A stretch of DNA of 63,599 bases, filler included, from Octopus bimaculoides (Eukaryota): assembly GCF_001194135.2 (NCBI RefSeq). It is 6 parts of 4 records of this genome, joined end to end, with 100 filler letters (N's around TTAATTAATTAA, not from the genome) between each part and the next. Parts side by side here need not be neighbours in the genome. Positions count along the whole stretch, not along the records: positions 1 to 16,059 come from NC_068988.1; positions 16,160 to 30,460 come from NC_068991.1; 4 more parts are not named here. One strand, written 5' to 3'. The position numbers were made by a program, and so were the translations under genes. Of this stretch, positions 12,482 to 25,293 are shown piece by piece. The notes under the pieces were generated by a model. The model was not told the origin of the DNA and did no database searches. It saw only the letters and a program-made list of their open reading frames with translations. How positions within the stretch are numbered: position 1 is the first letter of the stretch; the number at the start of each line of letters is the position of its first letter.

Positions 12482-15400
12482 CTGTAAAGATAAAGGAGCT
12501 GTTGAGGTAGCGAAGCACGAAATGTATTTAGAATTAGTAACAGTTAAGCGCTGGCGTTGATGTAATCTACCTAAACCATGTCCCAATCTTACTGGCCATG
12601 TGCCAAAATTTGAAACCAATATGTAACCTTTATTTAAACACTGTCCCACGCGCTCCTTAGTGATTAGTTATGTTTGGGAAAATACCCTACACCTCTAATT
12701 TACAAGCAAAACCATATTGGCTAAAACCTTCTCGAGGAGAGACTCTCCATCTGTTCTAAGTTAAAAATTGCAGAAGAAGCGGATAAAGATTCATGATCGC
12801 GCTGGCTGAACTAGCGGAAGAGGATAATGCCAGATTGCTTTAATTCAATTAATACCTGAGCTGACGGCAATCTGTGGCATTTCGATGTTTGGAACTATAT
12901 GTCACAATACACATTGCGCAGAAGATTTCTTCGAAACCACAGAGCATAGGTCAATCCCTAGGTAAGTCGGGATCCACCCTAATCAGTCCGCACAAGCAGA
13001 ATCTCTTCATTGATCTCAGAGGCATTGATATAAATGAGAAAGCACAAACGAATATAGAAATACTCGGGAATGAGAAGGAGCCAACGTCGAAATAAGTGAA
13101 ACATGAATTCAATGAAGCCAACTATGTCACAACCTGGGCAATACAGATTCCGCCTGCAAAATGGGATTTAGATTTAAACATATTCATCAATTCTAGTATA
13201 AACTTTGCATACACAACAATACCCCGAGTTAGCAAATGGACATCTGTTTTGTGGATCGACTTGCTAGAAAAAGTAAATAAATCTCCGGCAAATAACACTT
13301 GAATGTGTTCAAGTAGGGAAGGATATATTAGCTAATGATGTCTTGTAAATCCGTAAAAGACGGAATGCTATTTCAAAGCATTCAGTTATAGTTCCATTTA
13401 GATAGGTCCGCCTTCCTGCATTGTAATAATAATGGTTTACGGTTTTGGCACAAATGCTGCAGTTTGGAGGAAAACGTTTTAGTTGATTTCATCGGCCCCA
13501 GGACTAGGCTTGTACGTTATGTTATCAATCCCGAACGGATAAAAGAATAAGCTGACTTCGATTTTAAATAAGAACGCAAAGATTCAGAACAAGTAACGCA
13601 AATTATTTTAACGAGGCTATAATGTTTCTACCAATCCACTGACAATTTTATTTGATTATTCTTCACGACTAGAGGGGAAAAGATGATGGATGAAATCTGA
13701 GGCGGTCATGGTTTTGTAAAATTATTAATGACATGAATTAACACTTATATATAAAATCATAACGAGTTAAATCCAGTTTAAATTTTAAATATACTTCCAT
13801 CTTGTGGTATACTATGAAATCTATGAAATGCTTATAAATATATTTGAGAATATTCAGTCGAAACCCTCAACAATAATTGATTTGTAACTTTATGATAAGA
13901 ACACACGCACTTATTAAAGAAGGGACATATATTCGATTAAACCGCCTGCAGCCAATGACCAGCGGTTTCAAGGAGTCTAGTTAAATTTAGACTTGTTTAT
14001 TGTTATTCCTATAATACATCGAAGCCATTACGTCGCATTAATTAACTGAGTTCTGTTGCATCATTAATTGGTGAAAGATTAACAACATTACAGCTTGGAA
14101 TAAATTTACTTCGTCTGAAATAGTAACTATATCCTATAAGAGGATTTATATTTTATAAATTTTATTTCTCTGAACATAACATATGGAAGATTATTCTAAT
14201 AACCATCATCTAAGGAACAACAAGTTAATTATCAAAATCAGTAAATTATCCTTATATTTGGAACAGAATAATACTATTAATGGCATATTGGTGGAAATAA
14301 TGTTCTTGCATTAGTTTAACGGAATGGAAAATAAAGATAAAACTCTCTACATTAATTGTTGATTACAAGACAAATGCTAAATAATAACCAAAAGTTCGTA
14401 AGTAAATTAGTCTACTAAAGATAAGCACTTTGTTCAATGAAGAATGACCTTTGACATAACTCGTAAATATAATGAGCATACAGAGGAACATGTTTGCTGT
14501 TGTCTTTGGTTTTGTAGGTTAATCTCATATCAGCCAGGTCGAGTAAAGCTGCAATCAAAGTGGTGCCAACCATGACAGTCTAGTTTTGCACATACAGTGT
14601 GGTTAAACAAAGTAGAGCTACACAGAGAGACGAATACAATTGACACCAATCCAAAGTTTAATATTGTTTGTACTACATCATAATCTATGGAATAAAGAAG
14701 GAAATGACTGCATCTACACAATGCGTCCCCCTTCGCCGTGGTATTGATAATTTGAAACATTTTTACAAGCATCCTCCAGTCATGAGACACGACTTTATTT
14801 CAGGTCACCCTAATTACTTTTAACATTTCTGTCCTCACGGATCTGTCTCCTCCTGTGTCAAACACAAATCTAATGCTTCGATCTTCTTTAACACGTTAGG
14901 GTGAAAGATTTACGAGAGAATTGGCTGCACAATGCGAGACCAGTCACAGCTTTCTCAATCTCAGTTGACTGGATGAGGGTGAATTTAGGACTTCGTAGCT
15001 CCCCAAAGGAGCCATGATTAACAGTGATATGAATAAAAGAATTGCAACATTGACAGTTTGTTTTCTACACAACAGTTTGTTTTCTACAGAGTGTTACACT
15101 AATCACATAATCCAACATGTACCTCCTATTTCAAACAAGTGAAAATGTATCTGGGGATGTTTCTGGCTGATGTGGAACAACATAGGCGAAAAACCGATTC
15201 CCAGAATCCCTTGTATTATTAAATTGAATGTGTTATGAACACACATTCGCTGTAAATAAATTGTTCTGTGTCAAACGCATCATTGATTACCATATCCATG
15301 TTCAAATTGCCCGGAACGTATTAAGAATACATATAAAATTCATCATTAAAATGTGATTTGGTTGTTATTATTAGTAGGAATACTCGCCTCCAATTTGTAT

Positions 15401-15994
15401 GAGGTGGATGAAGTAACGAAGAAACAAACGAAAAACATTAAATGGTTACTCGAGTAAGAAAATAAGAAACAAGCTAAAACAAATGCAGTTATAATATCGT
15501 TGAAGAACAGCTAGAGAGAACAGAATAAGAAAGGAAAAAATCCCAGCGGGTTGTTAGTAAGCAAAAGCGAAAGATCACGAAGGTCACACAAATATTTCTT
15601 GCCATAATTGCTATATAGTTGATATGAAAGGAAACGAAAATACAAAGGAAAACACGATGTAAAAAATATATAAATAATATATTCCCATTGTAAGAGATAA
15701 TATCACATTTTTTTTTGTTCTTTTGCTTTGTTAAGCTTTTTAGGTATTTCTTTCTTTATTTATTTGCCTTTTTTCTGGCGAATCGATCTATGACAAAAAA
15801 GGAAACACCATATTCATCATTGATGATATCTTTATCGGTAGTTTCGATGGCTCTCCATGATTATAGAAATGTTTTCTATACAAACGTATTTCAAAAAATA
15901 AGAGTCATATATGTGCGGGTGTGTGTGTGTGTGTGTGTGTGTGCCTCTGCTTGTGTACCTCTGTGTGTGAGGGTATGTGTATATACATAAACAT

Positions 15995-16059
<65 letters not shown>

Positions 16060-17071
16060 NNNNNNNNNNNNNNNNNNNNNNNNNNNNNNNNNNNNNNNNN
16101 NNNTTAATTAATTAANNNNNNNNNNNNNNNNNNNNNNNNNNNNNNNNNNNNNNNNNNNNTATATACATGCATGTATGGGTACAGGGCATCACCAACGGTG
16201 CAAATAACATGAAATGCGTAAAGAAACGAGTTCGATACAGAAACACAGAGAAACAGCCCTTCATCAGTCGTCGGCTGTCTATCTACTCTTCATTTCGGGC
16301 TTTCAATAGCAATATGAGTCTTCGAAGACAGCAGCTCCCATAAATTCTAAGATAAAATTTAGGATTTATGGAAGGTTCAAGGTTGGGAACAAAAACATGA
16401 CAGGTAATGTGTACCAACGATTCTTCAATTTATGCTCTGCCATCTTGAAAAAATAAATAAAAGACATACATTGGATAATTTTAGATATATAAGACAGGAT
16501 GGCCTCAGCTGGAACGCTTCCATCGACATTGACCCGGAGTAAAGAGCAGCAGTACAACGACGACGACGACGACGACGTAGACGACAACAACAACAGCAAC
16601 AAAAATAACTACGATTCATGGATTTGAAATAACATTGATATGAAGGTTGTTATTTTCAGTCAAGCTAACAAGAGAATTTTATACTGACGAGCAGAAGATG
16701 CAAACCTGAAAGCAGAGTCACGGTAATTATATAATTGCTTTACTGCTTATATAATTTACTGGTTTCAGTCACTGGACTGCGATCATGTTGTGACACCATC
16801 TAGAAGGGTTTTAGTCAAACAGATCGAGTTCATTACTTATTTTCTTAAGTCTGCTTCTTATTTTATCGGTAAAAAGATTAACGTAAATATGTTGAAATAC
16901 AAATAAATACAAGGAGTGGTCTTAACTTTACCGCTGTTTCGGGTGAACCGTGACTTTTGGAAAAACCATGTCTATGGTGTAATAAAGCATCACAATAAAG
17001 CAGGTTTTCTTTATAGATCCGGGAAGCTAGTTCCTGTTACATAGTTAAATAAAGCGTCAGGCGAAAGTTAG

Positions 17072-17102
<31 letters not shown>

Positions 17103-17127
17103 TGATGATGATGATAATAATAATAAT

Positions 17128-17684
17128 AAATGCGCTGATGCAGTACCAGGCAGTGGCTCTCATGGTTTCTCATCTTAACTGATTGGAAGTGTTATCATGT
17201 ACATGTTTTGTCTTGGTACAAAAGATGGGCTACAGCAAATATTCTGCTCAATACCACAGATTTGTATGTCAGTTGTTTGATCTTAACCAGTTGAGCATGT
17301 CCCTTGGTGGCTGACGATATGTGCATCTCTGATCATGAGCAGAAGTAGTGGGGGAGCATCATACTCATGTGTTGAGAGAAATTCTTTGGGGTTTGAATAA
17401 TTCACCTTTGGAAACATGGGTGTTTTGCTCAACATCCTTAAACAACCCTTATTCAGGGACCATTTGAGTGGGATGGGATACTCTACCTGATGAAAGTTCT
17501 ACAGGGCCCCACCTGTAAGATCATGTGCTGTTTATCTTGATACAAAGACACCATGTCGTGCGCACATGGTTATGATGCATTTACCTGGTGTACCCTTATC
17601 AGATGGCTAGTCTTGATGGGTATATTGGGCTTCGTATATTTGTACCCCAGTGTGACTTTGAGGGCATGCATTCTTCTCAGACTC

Positions 17685-17687
<3 letters not shown>
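17128..17687. mobile_element. ~560-bp interspersed repeat embedded in (TAA)n on both sides
   Basis: (TAA)n at ~17074-17127 and 17688-17738. GC-balanced body without a convincing ORF, recognised as a recurrent octopus repeat. Confidence 0.65.
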
Positions 17688-17741
<54 letters not shown>

Positions 17742-17884
17742 GGGATTTCTCAATCCAAACAGCTCAGGTGCTAGGGAGATGGAAAACATTCATTCATCCA
17801 TCCATCCTTACATACATACATACATTCATAGACAAACAGATAGATAGATAAATAGATACATACATACATAAATAGACCGGACTT

Positions 17885-18185
17885 AATGGTGGTGGACAAG
17901 GTGCATCACATGTGCCATATACTTGATGTTGCATCTCTCTTTGATCCACTACTGTCAGGTCCTTGGGGACAGTATCAGAAGACATCAAGACGAATATAAG
18001 GAAAATTGGAATAGAGTAGAACTGTTACAAAAGTTTTGTTTCCTTGGCACGACCAGAATAATCAGGAATTATTAGCTGAAAAGAACAGATAGCATGGTAC
18101 CGTAGGATGCAGGTAGCAAGCTCGCTACGCATGCAAGACTCCAGGAGTTCCATGAAGACCTGTGATAAAAAGAAATAATAATAAT
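17885..18185 (+). mobile_element. 3' fragment of an R4/Dong-like RLE LINE with short (TAA)n tail
   Basis: VRSLGTVSEDIKTNIRKIGIE/VELLQKFCFLGTTRIIR matches the RLE C-terminus; ends aaagaaataataataa. Confidence 0.6.
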
Positions 18186-18389
18186 TCTTTCTACTAAAGA
18201 CACAAGGCCTGAAATTTTGGGGGACGGGGCTTGTCGATTAGATCGACCCCAGTACGTAACTGTTACTTATTTTATCGACACCGAATGGATGAAAGGCAAA
18301 GTTGACCTCGGCGGAATTTGAACTCAGACGGGCGAAATACCACCAAGTATTTTTCCCAACGTCCTAACGATCCTGCCAGCCCGCCGCCT
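18186..18389 (-). mobile_element. SINE family B, near full length
   Basis: rc head aggcggcgggctggcaggatcgttagg and body homologous to 558-783; lies between TAA runs. Confidence 0.85.
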
Positions 18390-18409
18390 GCATAATAATA
18401 ATAATAATG

Positions 18410-18450
<41 letters not shown>

Positions 18451-19317
18451 TAATAATGACGAAATAGGGGTCGTTTAAGGGTCAAAGCTAATTACAGACA
18501 GCTTAATCAGAACACACTCCAGAAGTACATTATGACTGCAGGAATGCCAAGGATGTAATCAATATTAATTTAATTTTTCAGAAGATAAAGCTAATTTATT
18601 GTTGTTATTGTTGTTATTCGGTTGGTTACATGTCAAGCAGTTGTATAGAACTTTAAAAATGTCTTTCTATAACGGTGGGGTNNNNNNNNNNNNNNNNNNN
18701 NNNNNNNNNNNNNNNNNNNNNNNNNNNNNNNNNNNNNNNNNNNNNNNNNNNNNNNNNNNNNNNNNNNNNNNNNNNNNNNNNNNNNNNNNNNNNNNNNNNN
18801 NNNNNNNNNNNNNNNNNNNNNNNNNNNNNNNNNNNNNNNNNNNNNNNNNNNNNNNNNNNNNNNNNNNNNNNNNNNNNNNNNNNNNNNNNNNNNNNNNNNN
18901 NNNNNNNNNNNNNNNNNNNNNNNNNNNNNNNNNNNNNNNNNNNNNNNNNNNNNNNNNNNNNNNNNNNNNNNNNNNNNNNNNNNNNNNNNNNNNNNNNNNN
19001 NNNNNNNNNNNNNNNNNNNNNNNNNNNNNNNNNNNNNNNNNNNNNNNNNNNNNNNNNNNNNNNNNNNNNNNNNNNNNNNNNNNNNNNNNNNNNNNNNNNN
19101 NNNNNNNNNNNNNNNNNNNNNNNNNNNNNNNNNNNNNNNNNNNNNNNNNNNNNNNNNNNNNNNNNNNNNNNNNNNNNNNNNNNNNNNNNNNNNNNNNNNN
19201 NNNNNNNNNNNNNNNNNNNNNNNNNNNNNNNNNNNNNNNNNNNNNNNNNNNNNNNNNNNNNNNNNNNNNNNNNNNNNNNNNNNNNNNNNNNNNNNNATAT
19301 ATATATATATATACATA

Positions 19318-19476
19318 TATACGATGGGCTTCTTTCAGTTTCCGTCTACCACATCCACTCACAAGGCTTTGGTCGGCCCGAGGCTATAGTAGAAGATACT
19401 TGCCCAAGGTGCCGACCAGTGGGACTGAACACAGAACCATGTGGTTCGTAAGTAAGCTACTTACCACACAGCCACT
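19318..19476 (-). mobile_element. SINE family A, 5' half
   Basis: rc matches 22499-22655 (gtggctgtgtggtaag...ttgggcaagtgtctt...ccttgtgagtggat). Confidence 0.85.
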
Positions 19477-20237
19477 GAGACTTGAGTGCCCAAGTAGGGA
19501 AGCCGTGAAGTGGAATCAATACGGCAAAAGACTATGTCTTTATAAGTATTTAGTTACGTAGGTCTAATAGGCACCTGTTGTGTAAAAGGGGAGCGAAGTA
19601 TCCAACGGTTGTGCCGCCTCAACGTGGTGGTGTAACAGCAGTTTTCAGTATCCAATAGCAATGAGACACTTTGCAGCTCCAAGTTAATTAATCATACTTC
19701 ACAGGGCAGAGGAAATTTTGAGCACAGTCGTACCTCTATTTGATGAGTAGGCGGTGACCTCTCACGCTCCAATCTTGCTTGCATCTTTTCCTATCACTAC
19801 GAGAGAAATCAATAGTGACTGCGATCATTAATCAACAACAACAAGAAGAAATCAAAGATAAGATCCAGAAACGAACTTACAATGAGGATTTCAATGAGAA
19901 ACCTTTGACGTGATCGTGTAACTTGCTAGAAATAGTAGCCAGATAACCTATAAATTTCAAATCAGGTGAAATAAGCATCAGAGATGCTTTACTCCATGCA
20001 GAAACCTCAGGAGCTATTCAGGGGTTTTGAAAGCTCTTCTAAATTCATTGCAATTGCAGGAAACTCTTTCATATAATCAGCAACTATCTTAGGGTCAGAA
20101 GCGTTTCGCCCCTAAGCCCAAGGAAAACCACAGCGGACAATGTCGGTTCACCTGATGGTGATGCTGGTGGCGATGGTAATGGTGGAGATTGTATTAGCGG
20201 TGGTGGTGGTTTTGTTGTTGCTGTTGTTGTTGTTATT

Positions 20238-20270
<33 letters not shown>

Positions 20271-20800
20271 CGTGGTGGTGGTGGTGGTGGTGGTGGTGGT
20301 GGTGGTGTTGCTGNNNNNNNNNNNNNNNNNNNNNNNNNNNNNNNNNNNNNNNNNNNNNNNNNNNNNNNNNNNNNNNNNNNNNNNNNNNNNNNNNNNNNNN
20401 NNNNNNNNNNNNNNNNNNNNNNNNNNNNNNNNNNNNNNNNNNNNNNNNNNNNNNNNNNNNNNNNNNNNNNNNNNNNNNNNNNNNNNNNNNNNNNNNNNNN
20501 NNNNNNNNNNNNNNNNNNNNNNNNNNNNNNNNNNNNNNNNNNNNNNNNNNNNNNNNNNNNNNNNNNNNNNNNNNNNNNNNNNNNNNNNNNNNNNNNNNNN
20601 NNNNNNNNNNNNNNNNNNNNNNNNNNNNNNNNNNNNNNNNNNNNNNNNNNNNNNNNNNNNNNNNNNNNNNNNNNNNNNNNNNNNNNNNNNNNNNNNNNNN
20701 NNNNNNNNNNNNNNNNNNNNNNNNNNNNNNNNNNNNNNNNNNNNNNNNNNNNNNNNNNNNNNNNNNNNNNNGGACAAGACAAGTCAGAGAAGACAATGTC

Positions 20801-20878
<78 letters not shown>

Positions 20879-21173
20879 AGACAAAGACAACAATGACAGT
20901 AACAGCGTCGGTTAAATATCACATGATGAGAAAACAGATTACGAGGAAATTGAACTGTAATGAATATGGTGTAGAAACACAATCTTAGACTAATCAATGG
21001 AGTCTCCTGTAAGACATAAGAAGCACCATAACGGAAGTTATAAATCAAAGACAGAAGTCACGTGGCCTCTTTTGAATGGTCGCTCTACAGATTGGTTTGT
21101 GTGTAGATAGATACAACTGTAGAGAGATACGAGTGTATACGAACGAACATGTGTGTGTGCGCGTGTGTCGGTA

Positions 21174-21213
<40 letters not shown>

Positions 21214-21216
<3 letters not shown>

Positions 21217-21414
21217 TCTTTTACTTGTTTCAGTCATTTGACTGCGGCCATGCTGGAGCACCGCCTTTAGTCGAGCAAATCGACGCCAGGACTCATTCTT
21301 TGGAGGCCTAGTACTTATTCTATCGGTCTCTTTTTGCCGAACCGCTAAGTTACGTGGACATAAACACACCACCATCGGTTGTCAAGCGATGGTGGGGGGA
21401 CAAACACAGACACA

Positions 21415-21420
<6 letters not shown>
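21214..21420 (-). mobile_element. SINE family A, 3' half
   Basis: rc matches 22700-22915. Confidence 0.85.
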
Positions 21421-21455
<35 letters not shown>

Positions 21456-21529
21456 ANNNNNNNNNNNNNNNNNNNNNNNNNNNNNNNNNNNNNNNNNNNN
21501 NNNNNNNNNNNNNNNNNNNNNNNNNNNNN

Positions 21530-21573
<44 letters not shown>

Positions 21574-21698
21574 ATATACATATATACATGCATACATACA
21601 GACACACACCCGTGTATATATAGTTGTATGTGTGGTTATATTGTATACGGAATTTTTTGACATCTTCTTACCTATTACATCCATATTATATTATATGT

Positions 21699-22017
21699 GA
21701 AGGCTCGTGGCTTAGTGGTTAGGGCATTCGGCTCACGATTGTAAGGCCATGAGTACTATTCTCGGCGACGCGTTGTGTCCTTGAGCGAGACACTTTGTTT
21801 CACGTTGCTCCAGTCCACTCAGCTAGCAAAAATGTTGTAGTACACGTATTTCAAAGGACCAGCCTTGTCACACGCTGAATTCCCCTGAGAATTACGTTAA
21901 GGGTACACGTGCTTGTGGAGTGCTCAGCCACTTGTGCGTTAATTTCACAAACAAGCTGTTCCGTTGATCGTATCAGCTGGGACTCTCGTCGTCGTAACCG
22001 ACGGAGACGGAGTGCTC
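21699..22017 (+). mobile_element. tRNA-headed SINE with CORE-like central domain (family C)
   Basis: A-box-like gtggcttagtgg, then gtgtccttgagcgagacactt resembling the CORE domain (gtgaccttgggcaagtcactt). Confidence 0.7.
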
Positions 22018-22020
22018 CTT

Positions 22021-22101
<81 letters not shown>

Positions 22102-22489
22102 ACACACATACATACATATATATGTAAGTTATAGGATTCCATAGAGTCTAAGCACATTATCACGCAGGACGCCAGAAAATGGCTAGGTACCATAACATAA
22201 GCTTAACAGTGAGGTAAAACAACCATGAATATATCAGGTGTTGGGAGAATACAGTAGATATGTAAGTACCAAATCCAATTTAAACTGTAGATTCGACTCT
22301 GGGCTGGTTATAGGTACGGCGGAGATATAAAAAGAACATAAATGGGGTTTCAAATTTATGTTTTGAGAAAACTTTATTATTGCATTCATAGATTATATCA
22401 TAACATATAATCAACCATCTTCAGATAAAATTTTAGCCAATAAGGTTCTACCGAAACAGCTGTCGGAAATTTTAAGACCCTCATATATC

Positions 22490-22659
22490 GGCGTAGGAGT
22501 GGCTGTGTGGTAAGTAGCTAGCTTACCAACCACATGGTCCCGGGTTCAGTCCCACTGCGCGGCATCTTGGGCAAGTGTCTTCTACTATAGCCTCGGGCCG
22601 ACCAAAGCCTTGTGAGTGGATTTGGTAGACGGAAATTGAAAGAAGCCCGTCGTATATAT

Positions 22660-22701
<42 letters not shown>

Positions 22702-22915
22702 GTTTGTATGTGTGTGTTTGTCCCCCCAACATCGCTTGACAACCGATGCTGGTGTGTTTATGTCCCCGTAACTTAGCGGTTCGGCAAAAGAGATCGATAG
22801 AATAAGTACTAGGCTTCTAAAGAATAAGTCCTGGGGTCGATTTGCTCGACTAAAAGGCGGTGCTCCAGCATGGCCACAGTCAAAAGACTGAAACAAGTAA
22901 AAGAGTAAAAGAGTA
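22490..22915 (+). mobile_element. SINE family A, full length (tRNA head, CORE-like domain, internal microsatellite, (GAGTAAAA)n tail)
   Basis: A box tggctgtgtggt, B box gggttcagtccc, CORE-like atcttgggcaagtgtctt. Partial copies at ~2050-2160, 10070-10345, 34562-34723, 37700-37911, 38303-38460 and 38900-39010. Confidence 0.9.
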
Positions 22916-22924
22916 ATATATATG

Positions 22925-23395
22925 TGGGGAGTTAAGTGGCCATATTTTAGGAGTGGTGTGGTCACAGAAATTGTCTGACAGCCATGACTGTGTTCTGTTT
23001 GTGTGGCAGGGTGCAGAGTCCTGTTGCCAGACGTAGGGTCTTCCAGCAGCCACCCTCTTGACCCAGGGCAGCACTACCTCCTCCAGGTACTTGATGTAGG
23101 CCGATCACTCCAAACACCCATGATGTTCACTGGATGTTTGATAATTATCACTCTCAGTACGTGCACTGTCCTCAGATTGACATCCAAACACTCTGAAACG
23201 TTCGTATTGGAACTTCCGGCGCGAATGCCAAGCAGTACAGCATATCGTTTCCAAATTTCTGGCAGAATGAATTGCGTCATGGTGCTGTTTTTCTCACAGC
23301 CGGTGCCCAACAAGATAGCACCAGACATCTTGCACATACTCTGTTGTCGACAAAATCAAAAGCAAACAATGCGCATGCGCGAAATTAAAAATACA
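22925..23395 (-). mobile_element. Internally deleted DD37D (maT-type) mariner
   Basis: N-terminus MTQFILPEIWKRYAVLLGIRAG joined to PWVKRVAAGRPYVWQQDSAPCHT..TQSWLSDNFCDHTTPKIWPLNSP. Confidence 0.8.
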
Positions 23396-23514
23396 TCATC
23401 ATCATCATTATCATCATCCTTATCTTCATCGTCATCATTTAAAGATTACGACAACGGTATCGCTCAAATATTCTAGCCACCATGCTTCCAAGTGATATAT
23501 TATGAAACCCTTAT

Positions 23515-23545
<31 letters not shown>

Positions 23546-24436
23546 ACCACCACCACCACCACCACCATCACCACNNNNNNNNNNNNNNNNNNNNNNNNNN
23601 NNNNNNNNNNNNNNNNNNNNNNNNNNNNNNNNNNNNNNNNNNNNNNNNNNNNNNNNNNNNNNNNNNNNNNNNNNNNNNNNNNNNNNNNNNNNNNNNNNNN
23701 NNNNNNNNNNNNNNNNNNNNNNNNNNNNNNNNNNNNNNNNNNNNNNNNNNNNNNNNNNNNNNNNNNNNNNNNNNNNNNNNNNNNNNNNNNNNNNNNNNNN
23801 NNNNNNNNNNNNNNNNNNNNNNNNNNNNNNNNNNNNNNNNNNNNNNNNNNNNNNNNNNNNNNNNNNNNNNNNNNNNNNNNNNNNNNNNNNNNNNNNNNNN
23901 NNNNNNNNNNNNNNNNNNNNNNNNNNNNNNNNNNNNNNNNNNNNNNNNNNNNNNNNNNNNNNNNNNNNNNNNNNNNNNNNNNNNNNNNNNNNNNNNNNNN
24001 NNNNNNNNNNNNNNNNNNNNNNNNNNNNNNNNNNNNNNNNNNNNNNNNNNNNNNNNNNNNNNNNNNNNNNNNNNNNNNNNNNNNNNNNNNNNNNNNNNNN
24101 NNNNNNNNNNNNNNNNNNNNNNNNNNNNNNNNNNNNNNNNNNNNNNNNNNNNNNNNNNNNNNNNNNNNNNNNNNNNNNNNNNNNNNNNNNNNNNNNNNNN
24201 NNNNNNNNNNNNNNNNNNNNNNNNNNNNNNNNNGGTAAACAAAGTAAATCTGAATCACCCCCTTTTATAGCCAACTGGAAACGTCACCAGTAACAATATA
24301 TTTGTCATATGTTGTGAATATTTTATTATTGAAGTCATACATATTAGATTGGCTTGTACTGTTACAATACAGAGATGGTACAGGTCTCTTTATTTCTCAT
24401 GCACAAAAGCCCTGCCACTGCTGCAGCTGCTGCTAC

Positions 24437-24490
<54 letters not shown>

Positions 24491-25250
24491 GGCTGTTGTT
24501 CTCGTAGTTGTTGTTTAACCCTTTGTCAGCTCTGATTCAGTAAACCTATGACCACATGCATTGCAGCTGCGACCACCCTGTTAACTTATTTGTTTCAACG
24601 ATTACCTGCCCTTGTCTGTATTATATAACGCATTTTGCCTTTGTTTAAAGGCTTTCAAGTTAAGCCTTCACGTGGCAGCAATGTCGTTGTTTGGTCCGAA
24701 ACACCTGCATATATAACAATTTAATGAACGGGGAAGTGAGTCGTGGTGATCTTTATGCTTTTTCAAATGATATATGATGCAAAGAAAGTTATGTGTTTAT
24801 AGATTTTTATTGAAATTTCGCTAGCCTGTTATTGAACTGGATGTTAGTTGAACATGTATGCGAAGGTTAGTGAAGATTGGATCGCTGGTTAGGCAGTAAG
24901 ATGGTAAAAGACAAACAGAAAGACAGAAATTGCCATTTATATATAAGATATTATGTAGATAACTTTCATTATTGGCCACACAGGACTGGACACAGGGGGG
25001 ACAAATACAAATGTAGAGCTTTTCTTTTCGAAAATGAAAAACAAAAAGGGAAAAAAATGAGGACAAAAAGTAAAATTCCGATCAAAAGAGATCGGAAAGA
25101 AAAAAAAAGGCGATCAAAAGGGATCGTATATCACAGAAGAATTTTTTAAATGTTTAAAGCAAGATTAGGTTTATCCATGGAAAGAAAAGCCTACGATAAA
25201 GACCACGGTAACCTCAGGCAGGGAGGGAATAAACACATGAGAGCAAAGTG

Positions 25251-25286
<36 letters not shown>

Positions 25287-25293
25287 TTTCGAT

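Noticed and set aside
14530-14790. 86-aa minus-strand ORF with an internal acceptor-like site
   Set aside because: No homology and only a weak donor; insufficient support.
16060-16159. TTAATTAATTAA islands inside N runs (also 30461-30560, 44333-44432, 58010-58109, 62122-62221)
   Set aside because: Each is exactly 44 N + 12 nt + 44 N = 100 bp and gives stops in all six frames. This is an artificial scaffolding spacer, not biology, and adjacency across it is uncertain.
16256-16300. Minus-strand GCCC-GAAA...CUGAUGA-A-GGGC resembling a type II hammerhead
   Set aside because: Stem II pairs, but I could not form stem I and stem III is at most 2 bp; it remains only a possible relic.
16683-16722. 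CTGACGAGCAG...CTGAAAGCAGAGTC hammerhead-like string
   Set aside because: No C11.1, and stems I and III do not pair.
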